Assembly (NCBI RefSeq): GCF_022846255.1
Contig: NZ_AP025682.1
From: Escherichia coli
Lineage (GTDB): Bacteria > Pseudomonadota > Gammaproteobacteria > Enterobacterales > Enterobacteriaceae
Strand: one strand, 5' to 3'
Length of the DNA stretch: 64,000 nucleotides
Under the pieces are notes generated by a model. It had not been told where the DNA came from and did no database searches. It saw only the letters and a list, made by a program, of their open reading frames with translations. Positions 48,953-60,434 of the stretch are shown here, one piece after another (the stretch's first letter is position 1; each line of letters starts with the position of its first letter). The position numbers were made by a program, and so were the translations under genes.

Positions 48953-49162
48953 ATGGGCAAATTAGGTGAAAACGTTCCGCTTCTTATCGATAAAGCCGTA
49001 GATTTCATGGCATCCAGCCAGGCGTTCCGGGAGTATCTGAAAAAACTACCTCCCCGTAACGCGATTCCGTCCGGAATACCTGATGAAAGCGTGCCGTTAT
49101 ATCTACAACGTCTGGAGTATTATCGTCAGCTTTATCGTCCGAAACAGGTAGAGGAGAAGTAA
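48953..49162 (+). CDS. yibT: Small protein YibT (69 aa)
   Basis: 69-aa [72 protein letters not shown]. Confidence 0.8.
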
Positions 49163-49172
49163 GCGAAAGTAC

Positions 49173-49760
49173 TTACTTTTGAAAGGCTTTTTTTAAGCTG
49201 ATTTTGGAAATCAGCTCTGTCAGTGAAAGGACCATTGTTGATCGCACAGCCTGTTGGTAACGCTGAATTTGCATTGCATACAAACTGGAGTCTGCAGGTT
49301 CAAACTGTGGCGGCGGTGGTAACGCCGCCACGCAATGCAGTTCACCAAAGGGTCCAAGTATTTCGTCGTCGGTAAAAGCGTACTCGTTGCCGTCGTGATT
49401 TAGCTCTTCACGCAATGCCATCAGCAGTTCCGCATCTTCGTATTCCTGGCGGTTAATGACGCCCAACCCGTAAATGAGTTTTAAACGCACAGAAAGATCG
49501 CCCAGCGGACCATCGCCGTCGAGTAACGGTTCTACAGCATACTTCACCGCGTAATCGTCTTTGCGGAATACCTGAAGCACCAGAAGATTTACCGCCTCGG
49601 TCAAAAGCTCGACGGCGGTGATCAGAAAGCTTCGCACGGTTTTGCCAGCATTCAGACGCTCAAGCACACGGTTTTCAAAGGCCTGGGTTTGTTCCATTGT
49701 TGCCTGCATATCTGACAATCTGTTATTCGGGCGCAGGGTATCCTGCGCCTGGTCCACCAT
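49173..49760 (-). CDS. mtlR: Mannitol operon repressor MtlR
   Basis: 195-aa [56 protein letters not shown]... Confidence 0.9.
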   Translation of the reverse strand: MVDQAQDTLRPNNRLSDMQATMEQTQAFENRVLERLNAGKTVRSFLITAVELLTEAVNLLVLQVFRKDDYAVKYAVEPLLDGDGPLGDLSVRLKLIYGLGVINRQEYEDAELLMALREELNHDGNEYAFTDDEILGPFGELHCVAALPPPPQFEPADSSLYAMQIQRYQQAVRSTMVLSLTELISKISLKKAFQK

Positions 49761-50908
49761 TATTGCATTGCTTTATAAGCGGTTACCGCCTCGGATACAA
49801 CCTCGCTGTTGGCATCAAGACCGGAAATCTGTGCCAGCGCGGCTTGTGGGCCTTTGTCGGCAATCAGCGCTGCCAGTTCCTGAGCCTGCGGATCATCTTC
49901 ACTGCGGAAGTGCATTGCAGCGGCAATACCTTCAATCAGGTTTTTATGTGGCAGACCATATTCCAGGGTTCCGAGCAGTGGCTTGATCAGACGGTCGCCA
50001 GCACTCAGTTTACGCAGCGGCTGACGGCCTACGCGTTCTACATCATCTTTCAGGTACGGGTTCTCGAAACGACCGAGGATTTTCTGGATGTATGCCGCAT
50101 GTTTGTCAGCATCAAAGCCGTAGCGCTTGATCAATACCGCGCCGCTTTCTTCCATTGCCCCTTTTACCACCGCGCGGATTTTCTCGTCGAGAATTGCGTC
50201 ACGAATGGTCTGATGACCGGCCAGTTTTCCGAGGTACGCGGTTATAGCATGACCTGTATTCAGGGTGAAGAGTTTACGTTCGACAAATGCCATCAGATTG
50301 TCGGTTAATTCCATGCCAGGGATGTTTGGCAGCGTGCCTTTGAACTGCGTTTTATCGACAATCCATTCGCTGAAGGTTTCTACCGTCACTTCCAGCGGAT
50401 CGTTAGTTGCCGAAGCCGAAGGCGGTACGATGCGGTCAACGGCGGAATCAACAAAGCCAACGTGTTCTTCTACCCACGCTTTGGCATCTTCCGGCAGGGC
50501 GTTCATCACATGGCCTTTCAGCTGCGTGGTGCCGCGGACCATGTTTTCACAGGCGATGATGTTCAGCGGAGATTCATTACCTTGTTCTTTACGTTTCACC
50601 AGCCCTTTGGCGATGGCCGGAGCAATACGTTCCAGCACGACAGGGCCAACGGCGGTAGTGACTAAATCGACCTGAGCAATCAGATCAACGACATCATCGC
50701 CAATGCTGCTGACGGCATTGACGCCGGAAACGGTATCTACCTGCTCGGTTTCACCAACCACATGAACCTGATAGCTATGACGGGCATTCAGGGCATCAAG
50801 TACCACCTGATTTACATCGGCAAACGTCAGTTGGATACCCGCGTCCGCCAGCAGTTTACCGATAAAGCCACGACCGATATTACCTGCGCCAAAATGTAAT
50901 GCTTTCAT
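49760..50908 (-). CDS. mtlD: Mannitol-1-phosphate 5-dehydrogenase
   Basis: ORF contains [53 protein letters not shown]...; 382 aa from ATG at 50906-50908. Confidence 0.95.
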   Translation of the reverse strand: MKALHFGAGNIGRGFIGKLLADAGIQLTFADVNQVVLDALNARHSYQVHVVGETEQVDTVSGVNAVSSIGDDVVDLIAQVDLVTTAVGPVVLERIAPAIAKGLVKRKEQGNESPLNIIACENMVRGTTQLKGHVMNALPEDAKAWVEEHVGFVDSAVDRIVPPSASATNDPLEVTVETFSEWIVDKTQFKGTLPNIPGMELTDNLMAFVERKLFTLNTGHAITAYLGKLAGHQTIRDAILDEKIRAVVKGAMEESGAVLIKRYGFDADKHAAYIQKILGRFENPYLKDDVERVGRQPLRKLSAGDRLIKPLLGTLEYGLPHKNLIEGIAAAMHFRSEDDPQAQELAALIADKGPQAALAQISGLDANSEVVSEAVTAYKAMQ

Positions 50909-50934
50909 AGTATTAACCTTCATCAATGTTTTTA

Positions 50935-51000
50935 CCCGAGAGGGCTGGGGTGAGGCTTTTCCCTCACCCAAACCCTCTCCATGTGGAGAGGGAGGGATTG
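50935..51000. repeat. Intergenic palindromic element between mtlA and mtlD (paired stem-loops)
   Basis: GGGGTGAGG-CTTTT-CCCTCACCC followed by CCCTCTCC-ATGTGG-AGAGGGAGG; REP-like structure within the operon. Confidence 0.5.
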
Positions 51001-51002
51001 TA

Positions 51003-52916
51003 TTACTTACGACCAGCCAGCAGTTCCAGTACTTCATCCACGCTGGTGGTGTGTGCCAGACGCTCGATGACAGTCTCATCATCCAGTGCATTGGTCAGGC
51101 TGGTGATAACCTGAATGTGCTCGTTGTTACGGGCAGCAATACCAATCACCAGACGGGCAATGTCATCTTCTTCTTCACCGAAGCGCACGCCTTCCGGGTA
51201 CTGGCAGAACACCACGCCCGTTTTCAGTACGCGATCTTTTGCTTCAACCGTACCGTGTGGCACCGCGATAGACTCACCCAGATAAGTCGGGGTCAGTTTT
51301 TCACGATCCAGCATCGCCTGAACATATTCCGGCTCAACGTAACCGCCTTTCACCAGCTGCTCGCCAGCAAAACGAATCGCTTCTTCTTTGGTGGCCGCTT
51401 TGCGACCGAGGAAGATGTTCTCCGCGCCCAGTTTGAACAGATTAGCACTGGAATCGTCAAAGCTGTCTTTCAGACTGTCTTTCACTTTCACTTCGTTTTC
51501 AGTATGGCGCTGGGCAGCAACCAGACGTTCGGTCAGGCTGGTGTACAGGCCGCTGTCGAGGAAGTTGGTCAGCGAAATATGCTGTGCCTGCGGAACCTGG
51601 CGCATAGCGCGTTCGGTCAGGTCACGGTGAGTGATGACCAGGTCCACATCTGGCGGCAGGTTGTTGATCGCGCTGTTAGTAACAGAAATCTGCGACAGAC
51701 CTGCATCCTGAATTTTCTTACGCAGCACACCTGCGCCCATCGCACTGGAACCCATACCGGCATCACAGGCAACGATGATTTTACGTACGTGGCTCAGGTC
51801 GTTAGTCACATCGCCCGCAGACAGCGGAGATGCACCTTTAGACTCAGCTTTCATGTCCTGCATACGACGCGTTGCTGCTTCAATATCATCTTCTTCTTTC
51901 ACTTTGCTGGTTTTCAGCAGAATGGCAGAGACAACGAAGGAGACAGCCATCGCCGCACACACACCCGCGATGTTAGCGAAATAAGCACCTTTTGGTGTCA
52001 TCGCCAGTACAGCAAGGATAGAACCCGGAGATGCCGGAGAAACCAGACCACCGCCCAGGATAGTCAGCGTGAACACGCCAGTCATACCACCGAGGATAAC
52101 GGCCAGAATCAGACGCGGATTCATCAGCACATACGGGAAGTAGATTTCGTGGATACCCCCCAGGAAGTGGATGATTGCCGCACCGCCCGCAGACTGTTTA
52201 GCGCTACCACGACCAAAGAACATGTACGCCAGCAGCACGCCCATACCTGGACCTGGGTTAGCTTCAATCAGGAAGAAGATGGATTTACCCAGTTCATGGG
52301 ACTGCTGAATACCCAGCGGCGAGAAGATACCGTGGTTAATAGCGTTGTTGAGGAACAGGATTTTCGCCGGTTCAACAAAGATAGACGCCAGCGGCAGCAT
52401 GTCATGGACAACCATGAAGTTAACGCCCGCCGCCAGCATTTTAGACAGGGCTTCAACAACCGGGCCAATGCCGAGAAATGCCAGAATAGCGAGGATCATC
52501 CCGATGATGCCTGCGGAGAAGTTATTCACCAGCATTTCAAAACCGGATTTGATCTTACCGTCTACCCAGCGGTCGAAGTGCTTAATGCACCAGCCGCCCA
52601 GCGGACCTGCAATCATAGAGCCGAGGAACATCGGCATATCTGCGCCGACGATAACGCCCATGGTGGTGATGGCACCGACTACGCCGCCACGTTCGCCGCC
52701 TACCAGCTTACCACCGGTATAACCGATCAGCAGCGGCAGGAGATAAGTGATCATCGGCCCGACCAGCTTCGCCAGCGTTTCGTTCGGTAACCACCCTGTT
52801 GGAATAAATAACGCGGTGATGATACCCCACGCGATAAACGCGCCGATATTTGGCATCACCATGTTGCTGAGGAAACGACCAAAGCTTTGCACTTTGATCT
52901 TAATATCGGATGACAT
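51003..52916 (-). CDS. mtlA: PTS mannitol-specific EIICBA component
   Basis: 637-aa [59 protein letters not shown]... Confidence 0.95.
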   Translation of the reverse strand: MSSDIKIKVQSFGRFLSNMVMPNIGAFIAWGIITALFIPTGWLPNETLAKLVGPMITYLLPLLIGYTGGKLVGGERGGVVGAITTMGVIVGADMPMFLGSMIAGPLGGWCIKHFDRWVDGKIKSGFEMLVNNFSAGIIGMILAILAFLGIGPVVEALSKMLAAGVNFMVVHDMLPLASIFVEPAKILFLNNAINHGIFSPLGIQQSHELGKSIFFLIEANPGPGMGVLLAYMFFGRGSAKQSAGGAAIIHFLGGIHEIYFPYVLMNPRLILAVILGGMTGVFTLTILGGGLVSPASPGSILAVLAMTPKGAYFANIAGVCAAMAVSFVVSAILLKTSKVKEEDDIEAATRRMQDMKAESKGASPLSAGDVTNDLSHVRKIIVACDAGMGSSAMGAGVLRKKIQDAGLSQISVTNSAINNLPPDVDLVITHRDLTERAMRQVPQAQHISLTNFLDSGLYTSLTERLVAAQRHTENEVKVKDSLKDSFDDSSANLFKLGAENIFLGRKAATKEEAIRFAGEQLVKGGYVEPEYVQAMLDREKLTPTYLGESIAVPHGTVEAKDRVLKTGVVFCQYPEGVRFGEEEDDIARLVIGIAARNNEHIQVITSLTNALDDETVIERLAHTTSVDEVLELLAGRK

Positions 52917-53059
52917 AAAAACACCCCTTCTTATGTTTGCTGTCGCGCAGGCTGGAAGCCCGAGGTTTTTTGTTAATGTGGCGGCAGAGGTAGCCGGACC
53001 TTGTAGATACTGCGAAATCTGGCACTGAATCGGTTAACTGTCCAGTCGACGGCCTTTTG

Positions 53060-53236
53060 TGTGATATCAGTCACATAAATGTAGGGGGTAGAGAGGTAAT
53101 TGACGTGATGCTCATCACAAAATGCTTGTGTAAAAAAGCAACAAGGCGGCGATTTTCGCTAAAAATGGCATTTAAATGTGAGTGATGTCACATTTTTATT
53201 TTGATGGTTTGTTGAATCTTTGTGATCTGAATCACA
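53060..53236. promoter_or_regulatory. Cluster of CRP-binding sites in the mtlA promoter region
   Basis: Three perfect TGTGA-N6-TCACA sites at 53060-53075, 53177-53192 and 53221-53236, plus weaker half-site matches near 53104 and 53263; the mtl promoter is known to carry multiple CRP sites. Confidence 0.65.
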
Positions 53237-53452
53237 AGATATTTTCTTACGGCGTTCACCTGATGTGATCTACAGCATGTTATGCCTTCGTCATGAAATC
53301 GTTATGTAACTAAGCAACTCATCACCTCTTAAAATTATTCTTTGGTGTTATGGCGAGAATCGCGAACCCGGATTATTGTCAAAATATCAGCCTGACTCCC
53401 TTCTGGCTGCCAGCCAAAAAACAACACTGATAAACGTGAATCCGAGGCAGAT

Positions 53453-53815
53453 ATGTTTCTAAACTATTTCGCGTTGGGAGTGCTGATCTTCGTCTTTCTG
53501 GTGATTTTTTATGGAATCATCGCGATACATGACATCCCTTATCTGATTGCCAAAAAGCGCAACCATCCCCATGCTGACGCTATTCATACGGCGGGCTGGG
53601 TGAGCCTGTTTACTCTGCATGTTATCTGGCCGTTCCTGTGGATCTGGGCGACGCTCTATCAACCGGAGCGCGGCTGGGGTATGCAGTCACATGTTGCGTC
53701 GCAGGAGAAAACGACTGACGCGGAAATCGCCGCACTTTCTGACCGGATTTCCCGGCTGGAGCACCAACTCGCCGCCGAGAAAAAGACTGACTATTCCACG
53801 TTCCCGGAGATCTAA
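53453..53815 (+). CDS. yibI: Small inner membrane protein YibI
   Basis: 120-aa [72 protein letters not shown]... Confidence 0.8.
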   Translation: MFLNYFALGVLIFVFLVIFYGIIAIHDIPYLIAKKRNHPHADAIHTAGWVSLFTLHVIWPFLWIWATLYQPERGWGMQSHVASQEKTTDAEIAALSDRISRLEHQLAAEKKTDYSTFPEI

Positions 53816-53817
53816 TA

Positions 53818-54954
53818 ATGGATCTATTGATTGTTTTAACTTACGTGGCGCTGGCGTGGGCGGTCTTTAAAATCTTCCGCATTCCGGTGAATCAGTGGAC
53901 GCTGGCGACGGCGGCGCTGGGAGGCGTGTTTCTGGTGAGTGGTTTGATTTTGTTGATGAACTACAACCACCCTTACACTTTTACCGCGCAAAAGGCAGTG
54001 ATAGCGATCCCCATCACGCCACAGGTGACGGGAATTGTTACTGAAGTCACCGACAAAAATAATCAGCTTATTCAGAAGGGCGAGGTGCTTTTTAAGCTCG
54101 ACCCGGTTCGTTACCAGGCGCGAGTTGACAGGCTTCAGGCTGACCTGATGACGGCGACGCATAATATAAAGACGCTGCGCGCGCAGCTCACTGAAGCGCA
54201 GGCCAACACCACCCAGGTTTCAGCGGAGCGCGACCGTCTGTTTAAAAATTATCAACGTTATCTGAAAGGCAGCCAGGCGGCGGTGAATCCGTTCTCGGAA
54301 CGTGATATCGACGATGCGCGGCAAAATTTCCTCGCGCAGGATGCGCTGGTGAAAGGCTCGGTGGCGGAGCAGGCGCAGATCCAGAGCCAGCTCGACAGTA
54401 TGGTTAACGGCGAGCAATCGCAGATTGTGAGCTTAAGAGCGCAACTTACTGAAGCAAAATATAACCTTGAGCAGACCGTCATTCGCGCACCGAGCAATGG
54501 CTACGTCACTCAGGTACTGATCCGCCCAGGTACATACGCCGCTGCCTTGCCGCTGCGTCCGGTGATGGTCTTCATCCCCGAGCAAAAACGGCAAATTGTC
54601 GCCCAATTTCGGCAAAACTCGCTGTTACGTCTGAAACCCGGCGATGATGCGGAAGTGGTGTTTAACGCGCTACCTGGGCAGGTGTTTCACGGCAAACTGA
54701 CCAGTATTTTACCTGTCGTGCCAGGCGGTTCTTATCAGGCGCAGGGGGTATTGCAATCATTAACGGTCGTGCCCGGCACGGACGGTGTGCTGGGAACCAT
54801 TGAACTGGACCCTAACGATGATATCGATGCCTTACCCGACGGCATTTACGCCCAGGTAGCAGTTTACTCCGACCATTTCAGCCATGTTTCGGTGATGCGG
54901 AAGGTGCTGCTGAGAATGACCAGTTGGATGCATTATCTTTATTTGGATCATTGA
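53818..54954 (+). CDS. yibH: HlyD-family inner membrane protein YibH
   Basis: 378-aa ORF with N-terminal TM segment, coiled-coil region and HlyD-like C-terminus; follows yibI by 2 nt. Confidence 0.85.
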   Translation: MDLLIVLTYVALAWAVFKIFRIPVNQWTLATAALGGVFLVSGLILLMNYNHPYTFTAQKAVIAIPITPQVTGIVTEVTDKNNQLIQKGEVLFKLDPVRYQARVDRLQADLMTATHNIKTLRAQLTEAQANTTQVSAERDRLFKNYQRYLKGSQAAVNPFSERDIDDARQNFLAQDALVKGSVAEQAQIQSQLDSMVNGEQSQIVSLRAQLTEAKYNLEQTVIRAPSNGYVTQVLIRPGTYAAALPLRPVMVFIPEQKRQIVAQFRQNSLLRLKPGDDAEVVFNALPGQVFHGKLTSILPVVPGGSYQAQGVLQSLTVVPGTDGVLGTIELDPNDDIDALPDGIYAQVAVYSDHFSHVSVMRKVLLRMTSWMHYLYLDH

Positions 54955-55024
54955 GACTTGTATCACCTGTGTTTTGCGCGAGCCTGAGCCATACTGATAT
55001 TTTTCCTCGCACAAAGGACTCGGC

Positions 55025-55633
55025 ATGAAACTCGTCGGTAGCTACACCAGCCCGTTTGTACGCAAACTTTCTATTCTGTTGTTAGAAAAGGGCATAACGT
55101 TCGAATTTATTAATGAACTGCCCTATAACGCGGATAACGGCGTGGCGCAATTTAACCCGTTAGGAAAAGTACCGGTACTGGTGACCGAAGAGGGCGAATG
55201 CTGGTTTGATTCACCGATCATCGCTGAATATATTGAATTAATGAATGTTGCTCCGGCGATGTTGCCGCGCGATCCGCTGGAGTCGTTGCGGGTGCGCAAA
55301 ATTGAGGCACTGGCGGATGGCATTATGGATGCCGGGCTGGTATCGGTGCGTGAACAGGCGCGTCCGGCGGCGCAGCAGTCTGAAGATGAATTGTTACGTC
55401 AGCGTGAGAAAATCAACCGCAGTCTGGATGTGCTGGAAGGATATCTGGTCGATGGCACACTCAAAACCGATACGGTCAATCTGGCGACTATCGCCATTGC
55501 CTGTGCCGTCGGATATCTCAATTTCCGCCGCGTTGCGCCAGGCTGGTGTGTCGACCGCCCACACTTAGTCAAACTGGTCGAAAACCTGTTTAGCCGCGAA
55601 AGTTTTGCTCGCACCGAACCGCCAAAGGCTTGA
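55025..55633 (+). CDS. yibF: Glutathione S-transferase-like protein YibF
   Basis: 202-aa [75 protein letters not shown]... Confidence 0.85.
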
Positions 55634-55730
55634 TGCGCGATATGTCCTCCTGACCCATCTCACGTTACAATCCGTGGTTATGTTAAACGCCCTTCTCCGT
55701 GTGAGAGGGCCTTGATCAGCCAGGTTTCCT

Positions 55731-57122
55731 ATGACAACCGAAACGCGTTCCCTCTATAGTCAACTTCCGGCTATTGATCGCTTATTGCGCGATAGCTCCT
55801 TCCTTTCTTTGCGTGATACTTATGGTCACACCCGCGTGGTGGAATTGCTGCGTCAGATGCTTGACGAAGCGCGAGAAGTGATTCGTGACAGCCAGACGCT
55901 GCCCGCGTGGTGTGAAAACTGGGCGCAAGAAGTCGATGCCCGGTTGACGAAAGAGGCGCAAAGCGCGCTGCGTCCGGTAATCAACCTGACAGGAACCGTG
56001 CTGCATACCAACCTTGGGCGAGCTTTACAGGCGGAAGCCGCGGTGGAAGCCGTTACGAAGGCTATGCGTTCGCCAGTGACCCTCGAGTACGATCTGGACG
56101 ACGCCGGACGCGGACATCGCGATCGGGCGCTGGCGCAGCTGCTGTGCCGTATTACGGGGGCGGAAGATGCCTGTATCGTTAATAACAATGCGGCGGCGGT
56201 GTTATTGATGTTGGCGGCCACTGCCAGCGGGAAAGAGGTGGTGGTTTCTCGCGGCGAACTGGTGGAGATTGGCGGCGCGTTTCGTATTCCCGATGTTATG
56301 CGTCAGGCAGGATGCACCCTACACGAAGTAGGGACCACCAACCGCACGCACGCGAATGATTATCGTCAGGCGGTGAATGAAAATACCGCACTGTTGATGA
56401 AAGTACATACCAGTAACTACAGCATTCAGGGGTTCACCAAAGCGATAGATGAAGCGGAACTGGTGGCGCTCGGCAAAGAACTGGATGTTCCAGTGGTGAC
56501 TGATTTAGGCAGTGGCTCGCTGGTCGATCTTAGCCAGTACGGTTTGCCGAAAGAGCCAATGCCGCAGGAGTTGATTGCGGCGGGCGTCAGTCTGGTGAGC
56601 TTCTCCGGCGACAAGCTGTTAGGCGGGCCGCAGGCAGGAATTATTGTTGGTAAAAAAGAAATGATCGCCCGCCTGCAAAGCCACCCGCTGAAGCGTGCAT
56701 TACGCGCGGATAAAATGACCCTCGCGGCGCTGGAAGCCACGTTGCGTCTTTATTTACACCCTGAAGCTCTGAGTGAAAAATTACCGACCCTGCGCCTGCT
56801 TACCCGCAGCGCAGAGGTCATTCAAATCCAGGCACAACGTTTACAGGCTCCCCTTGCCGCACATTACGGCGCGGAGTTTGCGGTACAGGTTATGCCATGT
56901 CTTTCGCAGATCGGCAGTGGTTCGCTGCCGGTTGATCGCCTGCCGAGCGCGGCATTAACGTTTACCCCCCATGATGGACGCGGTAGCCACCTTGAGTCAT
57001 TAGCCGCCCGCTGGCGTGAATTGCCAGTGCCGGTGATTGGTCGTATTTATGACGGACGATTGTGGCTGGATTTACGCTGCCTTGAAGATGAGCAACGTTT
57101 TTTGGAGATGTTGTTGAAATGA
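55731..57122 (+). CDS. selA: L-seryl-tRNA(Sec) selenium transferase
   Basis: 463-aa [52 protein letters not shown]... Confidence 0.95.
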
Positions 57123-58963
57123 TTATTGCGACTGCCGGACACGTTGACCACGGCAAAACAACCTTGTTGCAGGCGATTACGGGCGTAAATGCCGACCGTC
57201 TGCCGGAAGAAAAAAAGCGCGGCATGACCATCGATCTCGGCTATGCCTACTGGCCGCAGCCGGATGGTCGCGTGCCTGGTTTTATCGACGTACCCGGTCA
57301 TGAAAAGTTTCTTTCCAACATGCTGGCGGGCGTTGGTGGTATCGATCACGCGCTGTTGGTGGTGGCGTGCGATGACGGTGTGATGGCACAGACCCGTGAG
57401 CATCTGGCGATTTTGCAGCTGACCGGTAACCCGATGCTGACAGTGGCGCTGACCAAAGCCGATCGCGTGGACGAAGCGCGTGTTGATGAGGTTGAACGCC
57501 AGGTAAAGGAGGTGCTGCGGGAATACGGTTTTGCTGAGGCAAAACTGTTTATCACCGCAGCAACCGAAGGTCGGGGAATTGATGCCCTGCGCGAGCATCT
57601 GCTTCAGTTACCAGAACGTGAACACGCCAGCCAACATAGTTTCCGCCTCGCGATCGACCGCGCATTTACCGTAAAAGGTGCCGGGCTGGTCGTCACCGGT
57701 ACGGCGTTAAGCGGGGAAGTGAAAGTAGGCGATTCACTCTGGCTGACTGGTGTGAATAAACCGATGCGCGTGCGTGCGCTGCATGCGCAAAATCAGCCAA
57801 CAGAAACTGCCCATGCCGGGCAGCGTATCGCGCTTAACATCGCGGGTGATGCGGAAAAAGAGCAGATTAACCGTGGCGACTGGCTGCTTGCCGATGTGCC
57901 GCCGGAGCCGTTCACACGGGTGATTGTCGAGCTTCAAACCCATACACCGCTGACCCAGTGGCAGCCGCTGCATATTCACCACGCCGCCAGCCACGTTACG
58001 GGACGCGTTTCGCTGCTGGAAGATAACCTTGCCGAGCTGGTGTTCGACACGCCGCTGTGGCTGGCGGATAACGATCGCATAGTGCTGCGCGATATCTCGG
58101 CCCGCAACACGCTGGCGGGGGCGCGTGTGGTGATGCTTAACCCGCCGCGTCGCGGTAAGCGTAAGCCGGAATATCTGCAATGGCTGGCGTCTCTTGCACG
58201 GGCGCAGAGCGATGCCGATGCGTTATCTGTTCATCTGGAACGCGGCGCGGTTAACCTTGCGGATTTCGCCTGGGCACGGCAGCTCAACGGCGAAGGGATG
58301 CGCGAACTGCTGCAACAGCCTGGCTATATTCAGGCTGGTTACAGCTTGTTGAATGCGCCAGTTGCCGCCCGCTGGCAGCGGAAAATTCTCGACACATTAG
58401 CGACTTATCATGAGCAACATCGCGATGAACCTGGTCCTGGGCGCGAACGTCTGCGACGTATGGCGTTGCCAATGGAAGATGAAGCGCTGGTACTGTTGCT
58501 GATTGAAAAGATGCGCGAAAGCGGCGACATCCACAGTCATCACGGCTGGCTGCATCTGCCGGATCATAAAGCGGGCTTCAGTGCAGAGCAGCAGGCCATC
58601 TGGCAAAAAGCAGAGCCGCTGTTTGGTGACGAGCCATGGTGGGTGCGTGACCTGGCAAAAGAGACGGGAACCGACGAGCAGGCAATGCGCCTGACGCTAC
58701 GCCAGGCGGCGCAACAGGGGATAATTACTGCGATCGTCAAAGATCGTTATTACCGTAACGATCGGATTGTCGAATTTGCCAATATGATCCGAGATCTCGA
58801 TCAGGAATGCGGTTCAACCTGCGCGGCGGATTTCCGCGATCGCTTAGGCGTAGGCCGCAAGCTGGCAATTCAGATTCTGGAATATTTTGACCGTATTGGC
58901 TTTACGCGTCGTCGTGGAAATGATCATTTATTGCGCGACGCATTATTATTTCCGGAAAAATAA
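57119..58963 (+). CDS. selB: Selenocysteine-specific elongation factor SelB
   Basis: 614-aa [54 protein letters not shown]... (GTPase G1 motif); start overlaps the selA stop. Confidence 0.95.
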
Positions 58964-59023
58964 GGAAATGATTAATTCATAATAAATATGAATTAATACA
59001 AAATTTCTTATTAATGTTAAGAA

Positions 59024-59056
59024 GGCACGTTATTTGATGAATGTAACGTGCTTTTT
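59024..59056 (+). terminator. Putative rho-independent terminator after selB (GCACGTTA-N11-TAACGTGC then TTTTT)
   Basis: Perfect 8-bp inverted repeat followed by a T-run, about 60 nt after the selB stop. Confidence 0.5.
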
Positions 59057-59153
59057 ATTAAAAATATTTTAATAAACGGTAATGTTGATCATATTTTCAA
59101 ATGAAAATCCTCAGTAAGCTGCCCGCCCTTTTTTACACTTTCAGGAGTGTGTT

Positions 59154-60305
59154 ATGGCAGCTTCAACCTTTTTTATTCCTTCCGTGAATGTTATTGGTGC
59201 TGATTCATTGAATGATGCAATGAATATGATGGCAGATTATGGATTTACCCGTACCTTAATTGTCACCGACAACATGTTAACGAAATTGGGTATGGCGGGT
59301 GATGTGCAAAAAGCACTGGAAGAACGCAATATTTTTAGCGTTATTTATGATGGCACCCAACCTAACCCCACCACGGAAAACGTCGCTGCAGGTTTGAAAT
59401 TACTTAAAGAAAATAATTGCGATAGCGTGATTTCCTTAGGCGGTGGTTCTCCACACGACTGCGCAAAAGGTATTGCGCTGGTTGCAGCCAACGGCGGTGA
59501 CATCCGCGATTATGAAGGCGTTGACCGCTCTGCAAAACCGCAGCTGCCGATGATCGCCATCAACACCACGGCGGGTACGGCCTCTGAAATGACTCGTTTC
59601 TGCATCATCACTGACGAAGCGCGTCACATCAAAATGGCGATTGTGGATAAACATGTAACTCCGCTGCTTTCTGTCAATGACTCCTCTCTGATGATCGGTA
59701 TGCCGAAGTCACTGACCGCCGCAACGGGTATGGATGCCTTAACGTACGCTATCGAAGCGTATGTTTCTATTGCCGCCACGCCGATCACTGACGCTTGTGC
59801 ACTGAAAGCCGTGACCATGATTGCCGAAAACCTGCCGTTAGCCGTTGAAGATGGCAGCAATGCTAAAGCGCGTGAAGCAATGGCTTATGCCCAGTTCCTC
59901 GCCGGTATGGCGTTCAATAATGCTTCTCTGGGTTATGTTCATGCGATGGCGCACCAGCTGGGCGGTTTCTACAACCTGCCACACGGTGTATGTAACGCCG
60001 TTTTGCTGCCGCATGTTCAGGTATTCAACAGCAAAGTCGCCGCTGCACGTCTGCGTGATTGTGCCGCTGCAATGGGCGTGAACGTGACAGGTAAAAACGA
60101 CGCGGAAGGTGCTGAAGCCTGCATTAACGCCATCCGTGAACTGGCGAAGAAAGTGGATATCCCGGCAGGCCTACGCGACCTGAACGTGAAAGAAGAAGAT
60201 TTCGCGGTTCTGGCGACTAATGCCCTGAAAGATGCCTGCGGCTTTACTAACCCGATCCAGGCAACTCACGAAGAAATTGTGGCGATTTATCGCGCAGCGA
60301 TGTAA
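59154..60305 (+). CDS. yiaY: Iron-containing alcohol dehydrogenase YiaY
   Basis: 383-aa [54 protein letters not shown]... Confidence 0.9.
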   Translation: MAASTFFIPSVNVIGADSLNDAMNMMADYGFTRTLIVTDNMLTKLGMAGDVQKALEERNIFSVIYDGTQPNPTTENVAAGLKLLKENNCDSVISLGGGSPHDCAKGIALVAANGGDIRDYEGVDRSAKPQLPMIAINTTAGTASEMTRFCIITDEARHIKMAIVDKHVTPLLSVNDSSLMIGMPKSLTAATGMDALTYAIEAYVSIAATPITDACALKAVTMIAENLPLAVEDGSNAKAREAMAYAQFLAGMAFNNASLGYVHAMAHQLGGFYNLPHGVCNAVLLPHVQVFNSKVAAARLRDCAAAMGVNVTGKNDAEGAEACINAIRELAKKVDIPAGLRDLNVKEEDFAVLATNALKDACGFTNPIQATHEEIVAIYRAAM

Positions 60306-60320
60306 TCATCATTTCCACAA

Positions 60321-60347
60321 CGGCTGGCGAGTTGTCAGCCGCTTTTT
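60321..60347 (+). terminator. Putative rho-independent terminator after yiaY (CGGCTG-N10-CAGCCG then CTTTTT)
   Basis: GC-rich inverted repeat plus T-run starting 16 nt after the yiaY stop. Confidence 0.5.
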
Positions 60348-60350
60348 CAA

Positions 60351-60429
60351 CTATCTCAAAACTTGCTTTTTTTGAGATAGTTTCTCTTTCCTGCTATACA
60401 CTATCTCAATATTGCGCTTTTTTGAGATA
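60351..60429. promoter_or_regulatory. Two related palindromes (CTATCTCAAAA-N7-TTTTGAGATAG and TATCTCAA-N12-TTGAGATA) 50 bp apart, immediately upstream of the Fic gene
   Basis: Palindromes at 60351-60379 (11-bp perfect arms) and 60402-60429 (8-bp perfect arms); the second ends 5 nt before the Fic ATG; operator role is inferred. Confidence 0.4.
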
Positions 60430-60434
60430 AGCAC

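Noticed and set aside
51051-52790. 579-aa ORF on the plus strand
   Set aside because: Antisense to mtlA; mtlA is intact and recognisable, and the opposite-strand translation is low complexity
60351-60379. Palindrome upstream of the Fic gene as a rho-independent terminator
   Set aside because: The stem is almost entirely A/T and a separate GC-rich hairpin with T-run already follows yiaY at 60321-60347; an operator role is more plausible
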